DNA of 64,000 nt from an uncultured Candidatus Binatia bacterium (GTDB taxonomy: Bacteria; Desulfobacterota; Binatia; UBA9968; JAJDTQ01). The notes beneath the pieces are model-generated. The model had not been told where the DNA came from, did not search any database, and was given only the letters and a program-made list of their open reading frames with translations. Positions 1-10,061 of this stretch are shown here, in pieces. Positions within the stretch are counted from its first letter, which is position 1. Every line of letters begins with the position of its first letter. A program made the position numbers and the translations under genes. The stretch is from NCBI GenBank assembly GCA_965215605.1, contig OZ244070.1:2176001-2240000 (forward strand), read 5' to 3'.

Positions 1-46
1 GACCTCCGTTCCAACCTGAGGGCCGGGGTTTGCAAGGGAGAACAAA

Positions 47-652
47 ATGGAATGGCTGACGATAATCGCTATCGTGGTTGGACCTTTTTTGGGAATCTGG
101 GCACATGGGAAGCTCGAAGACCGGAAACGCGTTTGTGAGCGGAAGCTCGACATATTCAAGACTCTGATGGCTACCCGCGCCACCCCTCTGGCACGCGAGC
201 ATGTTGAATCTCTGAATCGAATTGACATTGAGTTCACAGGACGGAAGGAAAAGAAGGTGAGAGAAGCTTGGGCTGTGCTACTCGACCATTATGGACAAGG
301 CCCGACTCCCCCCATCAAGCCCCTACCGGGCCAACCGCAAGCAGAGCACGACAGCTACGCCCGCGACTTTCAGAAGTTTACGAGTGCTCAGGAACGATGG
401 GGCGAGCGCGTGATCGAGTTGCGAGCCGCCCTGTTGAGAGAAATGGGAGTGATTTTCAAGTACGAATTCGACGAGGTAAAGATAAAAAAGGCAATTTACT
501 ATCCGAAGCTGCACGGAGACGTTGAGACCGAGCAATTGGCGCTCTTGGCCGCCGCTAACGACGTTTTGTTGGGGAATCGGTACCTAGCAATGTATGTGGT
601 CAACTGGCCTACGCAGGCCGACCCAAGCAAGCACGAGATGCGCCCCGAATGA
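47..652 (+). CDS. Hypothetical membrane-anchored protein (DUF6680-like)
   Basis: 201 aa ORF with RBS GGGAG. N-terminal TM helix followed by 'IFKTLMATRATPLAREHVESLNRIDIEF', recalled as DUF6680-like. More A/T-rich than the downstream genes. Confidence 0.55.
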   Translation: MEWLTIIAIVVGPFLGIWAHGKLEDRKRVCERKLDIFKTLMATRATPLAREHVESLNRIDIEFTGRKEKKVREAWAVLLDHYGQGPTPPIKPLPGQPQAEHDSYARDFQKFTSAQERWGERVIELRAALLREMGVIFKYEFDEVKIKKAIYYPKLHGDVETEQLALLAAANDVLLGNRYLAMYVVNWPTQADPSKHEMRPE

Positions 653-989
653 CTTGCGTATGAAGGCAGATCTGGAAACAGGTCGGACGTTCTCTGCCAC
701 CCGTGCGATGGCGCGAGAACCCGCGCGATCAGATAGTTTGCTAAAGACGTTCACTTGAGCCGTGGGCCTCTAACGGACGCTCTCCGCGATGGGCAATCCC
801 CGTTTCGCCACCCCCGAAGCCTTGTTGGATCTGGACGGAAGTTGTCGATGGAAGTGAGGGGCGGACACCAAGGTTCGGCTGGAAAGAGCCGGTGCGGCGT
901 TGTAAACCGCAGTGAATTGTCAACAACGGCCGTAGAGGCTATAAATCGGTCGATTGCCCGCCGATCGTTTGCCGGGTACTCAATCCGCC

Positions 990-1847
990 ATGACCATTCC
1001 CGCTTTCGACCTTCTGAAACCCGGCTCCGTGGCTGAAGCCAGCGAGATGCTGCTCGAGCACGGCGATGAAGCGCGGCCCATCGCCGGGGGTACGACGCTG
1101 GTGATCCTGATGAAGCAGCGGGCGTTGCGCTTCTCCCATCTCGTGGACCTGCAGTCGATCCCGGGCCTTGAACGGATCACCGACAACGACGACGGGCTGA
1201 GCATCGGGGCGCTGGCCACCCACCGGTCGGTGGAGCGTTCGCCCCTGGTGCAGCGGCGCGCGCCGGCCCTGGCGCAGGCGTTCAGCCACGTGGGCAACGT
1301 GCGCATCCGGGAGACCGCGTCCGTGGGCGGCAACCTGGCCCACGCGGACTACCGGCTGGACCCGCCGCCGGTGCTGCTGGTCCACGGCGCGGAGGTGGTG
1401 CTGGCCGGAGCCCAAGGCACCCGCGTGGTGGCGTTGAAGGACTTCTACCGCGGTATGTACGAGACGGTCATTGAGTCGGGAGAGATCCTGGTGGAGGTGC
1501 GGGTGCCGCACGCGGCCCCGGCGGCCCGGACCGTCTACTCGCGGTTCAGTTCGCTCTCGGCCAACGACTGGCCGTGCATCGGCGTTGCGGCGCTGCTGTC
1601 CCTGGAGGGCGCGAACGTCGGCGAGCTTCGGCTGGGCCTCAGCGGCGTGGCGGAAGCACCGCTCCTGGCCGCGGGCATGGACCGGTTCCAGCGGGAAGGC
1701 TGCTCCGAGGAGCTTTGGGAGGCGGTCTGCGATGCCGTCGACGAGCAGTTGTCGCCGGTATCGGATCTCCGCGGCAGCGCGGACTACAAGCGGGAGATGA
1801 CCCGGGTGTGGGTCAAGCGGACCCTCCGGGGGTTGGCGTCTTCGTGA
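990..1847 (+). CDS. Xanthine dehydrogenase/CoxM-family FAD-binding subunit
   Basis: Motifs AGGTTL, IGALAT, VRIRETASVGGNL and SDLRGSADYK. ATG at 990 chosen as start. Confidence 0.9.
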   Translation: MTIPAFDLLKPGSVAEASEMLLEHGDEARPIAGGTTLVILMKQRALRFSHLVDLQSIPGLERITDNDDGLSIGALATHRSVERSPLVQRRAPALAQAFSHVGNVRIRETASVGGNLAHADYRLDPPPVLLVHGAEVVLAGAQGTRVVALKDFYRGMYETVIESGEILVEVRVPHAAPAARTVYSRFSSLSANDWPCIGVAALLSLEGANVGELRLGLSGVAEAPLLAAGMDRFQREGCSEELWEAVCDAVDEQLSPVSDLRGSADYKREMTRVWVKRTLRGLASS

Positions 1848-1856
1848 GGTAAGAGC

Positions 1857-4178
1857 GTGGCGGATTATTCCATCGTCGGCAAGCCGGTTGACCGCCGGGA
1901 CGCCGTCCAGAAGGTGACGGGCCGGGCGCTACACGTGGGCAACATGGAGCCGCCGGGGCTGTTGCAGGTGGCGGTGCTGAGAAGTCCTCATCCACACGCG
2001 CGCATCGTCCGCATCGACAAGTCCCGGGCCGAGGCGGCCCCCGGCGTGGCCGCGGTGCTCACGGGCGCGGACATCGCCGCCATGCCGGGCATCACGCCTT
2101 ACCACGGGCCGGCGTTCGCCGACCAGCCGGTGCTGGCCATCGACCGGGTGCGCCACGAGGGCGAGCAGGTGGTGGCGGTGGCGGCGGAGAGCCGGCGCGC
2201 GGCGGAAGAGGCGCTGGAGCAGGTGGAGGTGGAGTACGAGCCGTTGCCGGTGGTGCTGGACGTGCTCGACGCCATCAAGCCCGACGCCCCCATCGTCCAC
2301 GACGAGATCCGTCCCTCGGGAGCGTTCGCGGACCTGGCCCACGTCAAGGCCGGCGAACGGTCCAACATCTGCTACCACTACAAGCTGCGCAAGGGCGACG
2401 TGGACCAGGCCTTCGCCGAGGCCGACCGGATCTTCGAGGACGTGTTCACGGCGCCGCCGGCCCAGCACGTGCCCATGGAGCCTCACGTTTCGCTGGCGTA
2501 CGTGGACGAGGGCGCGCGCATCAACATCCACACCGCCAGCCAGTCGCCGTCCTTCGTCCGGGGCGAGTTGGCGCGCATGCTGGGCCTGCCCATGAACCGC
2601 ATCCGCGTGCGGGTGCCGTATCTGGGCGGCGGCTACGGCGCCAAGCTCTACAACAAGCTCGAGCCGATCGTGGCGATATTGGCCATGAAGACGGGCCGGC
2701 CGGTGAAGTACAGCCTGAGCCGCGAGGAGGAGTTCCAGACCGTCACCAAGCACGGCGTGGTGGTGAAGCTCAAGACCGCGGTCAAGGGGTCGGCCATGAC
2801 CGCGCGCAAGTGCGAGGTCTACTGGGACACCGGCGCCTTCGCCGAGATCGGTCCGCGGATCGTCCACAAGTCGGGCTATACCTCCTCCGGGCCGTACAAG
2901 ATCCCCAACGTGTCCATCGATTCCTACTGCATCTACACCAACAAGCCGCCGGCCGGGCCGTTTCGCGGTTTCGGGGTGCCGCAGGTGATCTGGGCCTACG
3001 ACTCCCAGATGGACATCGTCGCCCGGGGCCTCGGCAGGGACCCGGTGGACTTCCGCCTGGAACACGCGCTGGAGGAGGGGGACCTCTACGTTACCGGAAC
3101 GCCGATTCATGCATGCGGGCTGAAGGAAGCGGTACAGCGCGCGGCCGATGCCGTGGGATGGGATCAACCCAAGGCGACGGCCTCGGGCACCAGGCGCCGG
3201 GGCAAGGGCATCGCCTGCGGGGTGAAGGCGGTGCTCACCCCCTCCATCTCCGGCGCCATCGTCATCCTCAACGCCGACGGCAGCGCCAACATCCTGAGCA
3301 GCACGGTGGAGATGGGCCAGGGTTCCGAGAGCGCGCTGGCGCAGATCGCGGCCGAGGAGCTGGGGATCTCCCACGACAAGGTGCACGTGGTGCAGCCCGA
3401 CACTGACGTCACTCCCTACGACACCATCAGCGCGGGAAGCCGCTCCACCTACCACATGGGCAACGCCGTCCGCATGGCCGCGGCCAACGTCAAGGCGGAG
3501 TTGTTCGAGACCGTGGCCGGGAAGCTCGAGATCGACGCCGCCGACCTGGAATCCCGTGACGGCCGGGTGTTCGTGCGCGGCGCCGAGGAGCGGGGCATGA
3601 CCGTCACCGAGGCGTTCCTGGCCAAGTTCGGGAGCTTGGGCACCACCATCACCGGCGAGGGCCTGTGCCAGCCCGAGGTGACGCCCACGGACCCCGAGAC
3701 CGGCATGTCGGAGAAATGCACCGAATACTGGTTCGCCTCCGCCAGCGCCGTGGAGGTGGAGGTAGACACGGAGACCGGGCGGCTGGAGGTGTTGCAGTTC
3801 CACGCCGCCGGCGACGCCGGCACCGCCATCAACCCCAAGTACTGCGAGCAGCAGCTCGTGGGCGCGGCCACCATGCACCTGGGGCTGACGCTGTTCGAGC
3901 AGATGGTGTTCCAGGACGGACAGCTTCTCAACGGCTCGTTGCTGGACTACCAGATCGCCTCCATCAAGGATGTGCCGCCGGAGTGTCACCCCATCGTGGT
4001 GGAGGTGCCCCACAAGGACGGCCCCTTCGGCGCCAAGGGCATCGGCGAGACCGGCGCCCTGACCGTAGCCGCGGCCGTGGCCAACGCGCTGGAGGACGCC
4101 GTGGGCGTGCGCGTGCGCGACATCCCGCTCACCGCGGAAAGGATCCATGAGGCGCTCAAGGCGGCGGGAAAGACGTGA
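1857..4178 (+). CDS. Xanthine dehydrogenase-family molybdopterin-binding large subunit
   Basis: 773 aa with LRSPHPHARI, GGGYGAK, FRGFG, EMGQG and GAKGIGE motifs. Lacks the CO dehydrogenase AYxCSFR loop. Confidence 0.92.
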   Translation: MADYSIVGKPVDRRDAVQKVTGRALHVGNMEPPGLLQVAVLRSPHPHARIVRIDKSRAEAAPGVAAVLTGADIAAMPGITPYHGPAFADQPVLAIDRVRHEGEQVVAVAAESRRAAEEALEQVEVEYEPLPVVLDVLDAIKPDAPIVHDEIRPSGAFADLAHVKAGERSNICYHYKLRKGDVDQAFAEADRIFEDVFTAPPAQHVPMEPHVSLAYVDEGARINIHTASQSPSFVRGELARMLGLPMNRIRVRVPYLGGGYGAKLYNKLEPIVAILAMKTGRPVKYSLSREEEFQTVTKHGVVVKLKTAVKGSAMTARKCEVYWDTGAFAEIGPRIVHKSGYTSSGPYKIPNVSIDSYCIYTNKPPAGPFRGFGVPQVIWAYDSQMDIVARGLGRDPVDFRLEHALEEGDLYVTGTPIHACGLKEAVQRAADAVGWDQPKATASGTRRRGKGIACGVKAVLTPSISGAIVILNADGSANILSSTVEMGQGSESALAQIAAEELGISHDKVHVVQPDTDVTPYDTISAGSRSTYHMGNAVRMAAANVKAELFETVAGKLEIDAADLESRDGRVFVRGAEERGMTVTEAFLAKFGSLGTTITGEGLCQPEVTPTDPETGMSEKCTEYWFASASAVEVEVDTETGRLEVLQFHAAGDAGTAINPKYCEQQLVGAATMHLGLTLFEQMVFQDGQLLNGSLLDYQIASIKDVPPECHPIVVEVPHKDGPFGAKGIGETGALTVAAAVANALEDAVGVRVRDIPLTAERIHEALKAAGKT

Positions 4179-4227
4179 TCCGGGGTGTGTCCGAAGAAGC
4201 GACGAAGAGTCATGGAGCCATGGGGTC

Positions 4228-4701
4228 ATGGAACGTAACATCAGCCTGACGGTCAACGGCCAGCAGCGGGAGCTGGAGGTCAACGACGCCGACACCTTGC
4301 TGGAGGTCCTGCGCGACGGGCTCAAGCTGTGGAGCGTGCGCGAGGCTTGCGGCGTGGGGGCCTGCGGAAGCTGTACCGTGCTCCTGGACGGACGCCCGGT
4401 GAGCGCGTGCTTCCTGCTCGCAGCCCGCCTGGACGGCCGATCCGTGGAGACCGTCGAGGGGCTGGCCGGCGACGACGCGCTGCACCCGATCCAGCAGGCT
4501 TTTCTCGAGAACGACGCCGCCCAGTGCGGTTACTGCACCCCCGGCTTCGTCATGGCCGCCAAGGCGCTGCTCGAGGAGCACGGCGACCCTACCGACGACC
4601 AGATCCGCGATTACCTTTCCGGCAACCTGTGCCGCTGCGGCGGTTATCCCAACATCATGCGCGCGGTGCGCGCCGCGGCAACGCGCCTGAGCGGTAGTTG
4701 A
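4228..4701 (+). CDS. (2Fe-2S)-binding small subunit (CoxS-like)
   Basis: Cys motifs CGVGACGSC, QCGYCTPG and NLCRC. Confidence 0.92.
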   Translation: MERNISLTVNGQQRELEVNDADTLLEVLRDGLKLWSVREACGVGACGSCTVLLDGRPVSACFLLAARLDGRSVETVEGLAGDDALHPIQQAFLENDAAQCGYCTPGFVMAAKALLEEHGDPTDDQIRDYLSGNLCRCGGYPNIMRAVRAAATRLSGS

Positions 4702-4712
4702 ATGCCTGCAAC

Positions 4713-4764
4713 CGTCATTCCCGCGAAAGCATGCCCTCGACCCCGATCGGGGGCGCGAATCCAG
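4713..4764. repeat. REP-like palindromic intergenic element
   Basis: CGTCATTCCCGCGAAAGC...GCGCGAATCCAG with inner palindrome CCCCGATCGGGG. Resembles the GTCATTCCCGCGAAAGCGGGAATCC class of REP elements. Confidence 0.55.
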
Positions 4765-4787
4765 GGGCGGGAAAGAGGTGCCGAACG

Positions 4788-6947
4788 ATGACCGATCCCG
4801 CTCCCGGTCCGCACAACCTCGCAGCGCTGTTGAGGCCCCGGAACATCGCGATGATCGGCGCCTCCGAGCGGGCGCCCCACGCGGCCGCGCTCATGCGCAA
4901 CCTCTTCCGGTTCGGCTTCCCGAAGGAGCGCATCTACCCGGTCAACCCGCGTTACGAGCAGCTCTTCGATCTACCGTGCTACCCCTCGGTGGCCGCGGTG
5001 CCGGAAGACGTGGACCTCGCGGTCATCGCGATTCCGCGCGACGGCACCGTCCAGGTCATGGAGGAGTGCGCCGCCAAGGGCGTCCGCGCCGCCCTCACCG
5101 TGGCCACGGGCTTCGGCGAGTTCGACGACACGGGCCGGAAGCGTCAGGCGGAGCTGGCGCGCATCGTGCGCGAGCACGGCATCGCGCTGGCCGGACCCAA
5201 CACCTTGGGCTACCTATCCCTCGAATGCGGCGCCGCGCTGTGGTCGTCGCCGCTTCCCGAGCGCCTCACCACCGGGCCCGTGAGCGCGGTGTTCAGCAGC
5301 GCCGGCCTGCTCAACCTCTTCCTCAACACCGCCGCCGACCGTTGCCTGGGGTTTCGCTACGCCATCGCCCCGGGCAACCAGGTGGGCGCGGGCTTCACCG
5401 ACTACCTGCGCGCCGCGGTGGACGACGACGGCACCCGCGTGATCGTCGCCGTCATCGAGTCCATGAGCCGTCCGCAAGAGATGGCGGGGCTCCTGGACCT
5501 GGCCCGGGAACGGGAAAAGGTGGTCGTCGCACTACGGCTCGGGCGTTCGCAGAAGGGCGGGCGCGCGGTCACCTCGCACTCGGGCAACATGGCCACCTCG
5601 GGCGCGGTGTGGGACGGCCTGTTCCGCCAGAAGGGCGTCATCCCGGTGGACAATCTGGATCAGATGCTGGAAGTCACCGCGTTGGCCGTGGGGACGCCGG
5701 AGCCCTACCGTCTGCCGGCCGCCGGCGGCGTCGGCATCGTCACCATCTCGGGGGGCGATTGCAGCTTCCTGGCCGATATCTGCGAGCGCAACGGCGTGGA
5801 CCTGCCCGAGCCTTCCGGCGCCACTTACGAGGCGATGCGCCGCTACTTCGACAAGGAGAGCTTCAACGGCAACCCCCTGGACATCGAGGAACTGCACTGG
5901 GCGAACCGGCCCGGATATCTCGAGTGTCTGGAAACTTTCATGTGCGACGACAACTTCGCCGTGGTCTGCTGCCGGCTGAACCTGCCCAAGAGCCCCAGCG
6001 ACCGGCTGACAGAGTTGTACCGCGAGTCGGCGGCGGCGCTCCGGCGCGGCGGCAAGCCGTTCGTGTTCCTTTCCAGGGCCAGCGAGCAGCTCGACCGCTC
6101 CTGGTTCGAGTTCTTCACCGAGCTGGATGTGCCCCTGCTGCTGGAGTACGAGAAGTCGCTCTGCGCCGTGCGCGGCGTCCTGGCGCTGTCGCGGGGTCGT
6201 GCGCGCGGCGTGTCCGGCGAGGTTGCACCACCCGTTGTCGAGGCGGCGGAAACCGAGACGCTGCGCCGTCTGGTGGCCGCCGGCGACGCCTCCCACGCCA
6301 CGGTGCGGCGGCTGCTCCAAGTCTACGGCATCCCGGTGGCGCCCGAGCACCTGGCGCGCTCCCGGGACGAGGCGGTCGAAGCCGCCGCCGGCATGGGGTT
6401 CCCGGTCGCCTTGAAGGCCGAGTCCGCGGACCTGCCCCACAAGACCGAGGCGGGCGGCGTGCGCCTGAACCTGGGCAGCGCGGAGGAGGTGGCCTCGGCG
6501 TACGACCGGCTGCTGGAGGACGTGGGCCGAAACGCGCCCGGCGCCCGCATCGACGGGGTGCTGGTGCAGAAGATGGTCGAGGGAGTGGCCGAGGTCATCA
6601 CCGGCACCTCGCGCACGCCGGACCTGGGCATCTGCCTCGCCTTCGGCCTCGGCGGCATCTACACCGAGGTGCTGAAGGACGTGGCGTTCCGGCTGCCGCC
6701 GCTGGGCGTGGCGGAAGCCCATGACATGATCCGTGAGATTCGCACCTACCCGCTGCTCACCGGGGCCAGGGGGAAGCCCAAGGCCGACGTGTCCGCCCTG
6801 GCGGAAACCATCGTGGCGCTGTCCCGGCTGGCGCTGGACTTCCGCGCCGAAGTGGACGAAATCGAGTTCAACCCACTCATGGTCCTTCCGGAAGGGCAGG
6901 GGGTGCTGGCGGTGGACACGCTGATCCGATGCGTCGGAGGGCACTAG
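4788..6947 (+). CDS. Acetate/acyl-CoA ligase (ADP-forming) family, fused alpha-beta
   Basis: CoA-binding N-terminus (IGAS, YPVNP, GPNTLG), phospho-His motif SHSG, and ATP-grasp C-terminus (HKTEAGGVRLNL, EFNPL). Confidence 0.88.
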   Translation: MTDPAPGPHNLAALLRPRNIAMIGASERAPHAAALMRNLFRFGFPKERIYPVNPRYEQLFDLPCYPSVAAVPEDVDLAVIAIPRDGTVQVMEECAAKGVRAALTVATGFGEFDDTGRKRQAELARIVREHGIALAGPNTLGYLSLECGAALWSSPLPERLTTGPVSAVFSSAGLLNLFLNTAADRCLGFRYAIAPGNQVGAGFTDYLRAAVDDDGTRVIVAVIESMSRPQEMAGLLDLAREREKVVVALRLGRSQKGGRAVTSHSGNMATSGAVWDGLFRQKGVIPVDNLDQMLEVTALAVGTPEPYRLPAAGGVGIVTISGGDCSFLADICERNGVDLPEPSGATYEAMRRYFDKESFNGNPLDIEELHWANRPGYLECLETFMCDDNFAVVCCRLNLPKSPSDRLTELYRESAAALRRGGKPFVFLSRASEQLDRSWFEFFTELDVPLLLEYEKSLCAVRGVLALSRGRARGVSGEVAPPVVEAAETETLRRLVAAGDASHATVRRLLQVYGIPVAPEHLARSRDEAVEAAAGMGFPVALKAESADLPHKTEAGGVRLNLGSAEEVASAYDRLLEDVGRNAPGARIDGVLVQKMVEGVAEVITGTSRTPDLGICLAFGLGGIYTEVLKDVAFRLPPLGVAEAHDMIREIRTYPLLTGARGKPKADVSALAETIVALSRLALDFRAEVDEIEFNPLMVLPEGQGVLAVDTLIRCVGGH

Positions 6948-7016
6948 TGTAGTGTCCTGTCCGGTTCATGCGCATGATAAAATGCGCGGGATGTTCCCAG
7001 TCGAAGGAGTGCGATC

Positions 7017-8081
7017 ATGAAGATTACGGACCTGCAGTTGGAGACGCTCGAGCTCCCGTACAAGAAGCCCCTCATCACCGCCACCAACCAATTCTACTCG
7101 TCCAACGGGCTCCTGGTGAGCGTGGAGGCGGACTCGGGACACACCGGCTACGGCTATATCGACGTGTTCCCCAGGACCGGCGAGACCCCGGCTTCGGTCC
7201 GGTACGCCATCGAGGAGATCATGCGGCCGCTGCTGGTGGGGCAACCCATCGAGGAGCTGGCCCGGCTGAGCGCTCTCATCAACTTCCGTATGGTGGACAA
7301 CCGGCGCGCCAAGGGCGGCGTGGAGATTGCCTTGTACGACCTTCTGGGCAAGTGCCACGGAGCGCCGCTCTACGTGCTCCTCGGCGGGCTGGTGCGGAAG
7401 GAGATCACGGTCATCAAGATGGTGAGCGTGGGAGAGCCGATGGAGATGGCCCGGGAGTGCCGCGAGCTCGTCGGAGAGGGTTACCGCGCCCTCAAGCTCA
7501 AGGTCAGGGGTGAGGTGGGGCTGGACTTGGCGCGGGTGACCGCGGTGCGCGACGCGGTGGGGCCCGACATCTACATCAAGGTGGACGCCAACGAGGCCTT
7601 CGACGCGAAGTCGGCCATCCGCATGGCCGCGGGCATGGCCGAGCTCGGCGTTGCGGTGTTCGAGCAGCCGCTGTCCCGGCATCACGACACGGCCCTGGCC
7701 GAGGTGAAGGCCCAGTCGAGCATCAAGATAGAGGCCGACCAGTCGGCATCGTCGGTGCACGAAGCCTTCAGGCTCATCCGCGACAACGCCTGCGACTCCA
7801 TCAACACCGGCATCCTCAAGGCCGGCGGCATGCAGCAGGCCCGGCAGATCGCCGACATGTGCGCCCTCACCGGCACCGGGTGCGGCCTGAGCAACATCGC
7901 CGCCTGCATGGTCGGCGACGCGGCCCTGCTGCACTTGGCCCTCAGTTCCCCCGGGGTCTCCCAGTTCTGCGAGATCGGCGAGTGCGAGGGCCTCACCGGC
8001 GATCCGTTCACCGGCATCAAGGTGGTGGACGGGAAGCTCGGAGTCCCGGAAGGGCCGGGCTTGGGCGTCACCCGGGGCTGA
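7017..8081 (+). CDS. Mandelate racemase/muconate lactonizing enzyme (enolase superfamily) protein
   Basis: Motifs EIALYDLLGK, KLKV, VDANE, EQPL, ADQS and C-terminal PEGPGLGV. RBS GGAG. Confidence 0.88.
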   Translation: MKITDLQLETLELPYKKPLITATNQFYSSNGLLVSVEADSGHTGYGYIDVFPRTGETPASVRYAIEEIMRPLLVGQPIEELARLSALINFRMVDNRRAKGGVEIALYDLLGKCHGAPLYVLLGGLVRKEITVIKMVSVGEPMEMARECRELVGEGYRALKLKVRGEVGLDLARVTAVRDAVGPDIYIKVDANEAFDAKSAIRMAAGMAELGVAVFEQPLSRHHDTALAEVKAQSSIKIEADQSASSVHEAFRLIRDNACDSINTGILKAGGMQQARQIADMCALTGTGCGLSNIAACMVGDAALLHLALSSPGVSQFCEIGECEGLTGDPFTGIKVVDGKLGVPEGPGLGVTRG

Positions 8082-8119
8082 CGCGCCGCACCTCCCGGTT
8101 CCCGGAAACGGAGGCGGAC

Positions 8120-9100
8120 ATGGACCCCCACGATTTTGCGCCCCGCTTCCCGTGGCTGGGCGGTGATCTGCAGACGCTGCGCTACTATTTCTTCCCCGCC
8201 AGCGAGGACTTGTCCGCCTGGCCGGCGGAGCGCTTGAGCTTTCCTCTGCCGGAGTCCGGCGGCGACGCGCTGCTTGCCATGCTGCATCGTCCGCCCCGCG
8301 CCACGGACCGCCCGCTGGTGATCCTGGTGCACGGCCTCACCGGGTGCGAGGGCAGCTCCTACATGTTCGAGACCACCCGCTCTTTCCTCAACCTCGGATA
8401 TCCGGTCATGCGCCTCAACCTCCGGGGCGCGGGCCCGTCGCGGGAGACTTGCAGTAGAAGTTATTGCAGCGGTTCCGGGGACAACATCGCGGCGGTGCTG
8501 TCGGCCCTCGACATCGAAGAGGCCCGCCGTGGAGTCGTGCTGATCGGGTTCTCCCTCGGCGGCACCGTGATGCTGCACGGTCTGGCGCGATATGCGTGCG
8601 CGGTCCCGCCCATCTGTGCGGTAACGGTGTCCACGCCGCTCGACCTGGCAGCCGTGATTCGCCGGCTGATGAGCCCCCGCAATGTGCTGTATCACCGGTG
8701 GCTGCTGGTGCGCATGAAGAAGGCGGTGATCGGCGGCGCCTCCGAGATTTCCCCGCGGCAACGCGCGGACGTCGAGGCCGCCCGCAGCATCTACGAGTTC
8801 GACAACGCCTTCACCGCGCCGCACCATGGCTTCGCGGACGCCGACGACTACTACGCGCGCTGCTCGGCCACCGGATTGCTGGAGCGCATCGACACCCCGT
8901 TGCTGCTGCTGCACGCCAGGAATGATCCTTGGATACCGGCGACGCCCTACGAGCGCATCGCCCGCGCCACCCCGCCCAACGTCACCCTGATGCTCACCGA
9001 CGACGGCGGCCACGTGGGCTTCCACGACCGCCGCAACGCCACGCCTTGGTACAACACCGTGATCCAGGCGTACCTGGAGCGTGTCACCGGCTCAGGATGA
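8120..9100 (+). CDS. YheT-like alpha/beta hydrolase
   Basis: Motifs HGLTG, nucleophile elbow GFSLGG, NDPW and GGHVGF. RBS GGAGG before ATG 8120. Confidence 0.85.
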   Translation: MDPHDFAPRFPWLGGDLQTLRYYFFPASEDLSAWPAERLSFPLPESGGDALLAMLHRPPRATDRPLVILVHGLTGCEGSSYMFETTRSFLNLGYPVMRLNLRGAGPSRETCSRSYCSGSGDNIAAVLSALDIEEARRGVVLIGFSLGGTVMLHGLARYACAVPPICAVTVSTPLDLAAVIRRLMSPRNVLYHRWLLVRMKKAVIGGASEISPRQRADVEAARSIYEFDNAFTAPHHGFADADDYYARCSATGLLERIDTPLLLLHARNDPWIPATPYERIARATPPNVTLMLTDDGGHVGFHDRRNATPWYNTVIQAYLERVTGSG

Positions 9101-9947
9101 TGGAGATGGTGCCGGTCATGACCGCGAAGGTGCCGGTGACGGTGCGGGCGTTGATGCGCTCGAGGCCGCGCAGGAAGACGACGGTGAGGATCAGGGTCCA
9201 CAACGGGGTGGAGGCGACGATGGGGGATACCACCACCACTCGGCCCAGGCTCACGGCGATGAGGGACAGGAGGGACCCCGCGGACTCGAAGATGCCCGAC
9301 AGGATGAACGGAGGCACGGCGCGGCGGTTGAGCACGAATTCCTCGGTGCGGAGACGGACCGCCACGTACGGGCCCAGCGAGACGAACGACACCACGGCCA
9401 GGATGGCGGCGAAGTAGAGAGGCTCGTTGGAGATGTCGAAGGCGATGCGCCGTATCGGGAACGCGATGCCGGCGAACAGGGCGGCCAAGAGCGGGAAGAT
9501 CGCCTCCCACCAGTGGTAGCGCAGGCCGGATGCCGCCGGTTGCCAGGAGATGAGCGCGATGCCGCCCACCACCAGCACGGTTCCCGTGAGGATCCCCGGA
9601 CTGGCGTGCTCTCCCAGGAAAGCGATGGCGATGACGGCGCTCCACAGCGGATAGGTGTTGCGCAGAGGCTCGGCGCGGGAAGCGCCCAGGCGGTGGATGC
9701 CGGTCAACTGGAGCAGGCTTGTGGCGGTCTGCAGGACTCCCAGACCGACGAACAGCAGCAGCGGCAGCCATTCAACGTGAGGGATCCCACCCATGAGGAG
9801 CACGCCGATCCAGAAAACGACCGTGCGCAGGAAGAGCAGCACGCAGGCCGCGGTCAACGGGCTGGAGTGGTGCATCCCCATGCGCGCGGTGATGGAGCCT
9901 CCAGAGTAGAGGATGGCGGCGGCGAGGGCGATGAATTCGGGTCGCAT
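9084..9947 (-). CDS. DMT/EamA family transporter
   Basis: About 10 hydrophobic helices in two EamA repeats (PLWSAVIAIAFLGE; PLWTLILTVVFLRGLE). Confidence 0.85.
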   Translation of the reverse strand: MRPEFIALAAAILYSGGSITARMGMHHSSPLTAACVLLFLRTVVFWIGVLLMGGIPHVEWLPLLLFVGLGVLQTATSLLQLTGIHRLGASRAEPLRNTYPLWSAVIAIAFLGEHASPGILTGTVLVVGGIALISWQPAASGLRYHWWEAIFPLLAALFAGIAFPIRRIAFDISNEPLYFAAILAVVSFVSLGPYVAVRLRTEEFVLNRRAVPPFILSGIFESAGSLLSLIAVSLGRVVVVSPIVASTPLWTLILTVVFLRGLERINARTVTGTFAVMTGTISIILSR

Positions 9948-10061
9948 GGGGTCCGTAACGCGATATGGCAACAGGCCGGGGTTCGGGCGCGCCGATCCGG
10001 TCCACTGTCCTTCTTGAACCAAGAGTCGATCCGGAGCAAGCTCCGGGGCCGGCCCTGCGGG

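Noticed and set aside
1857-4178. Aerobic CO dehydrogenase (coxL form I)
   Set aside because: The active-site loop is GPFRGFG rather than AYxCSFR, and the gene order is M-L-S with no cox accessory genes.
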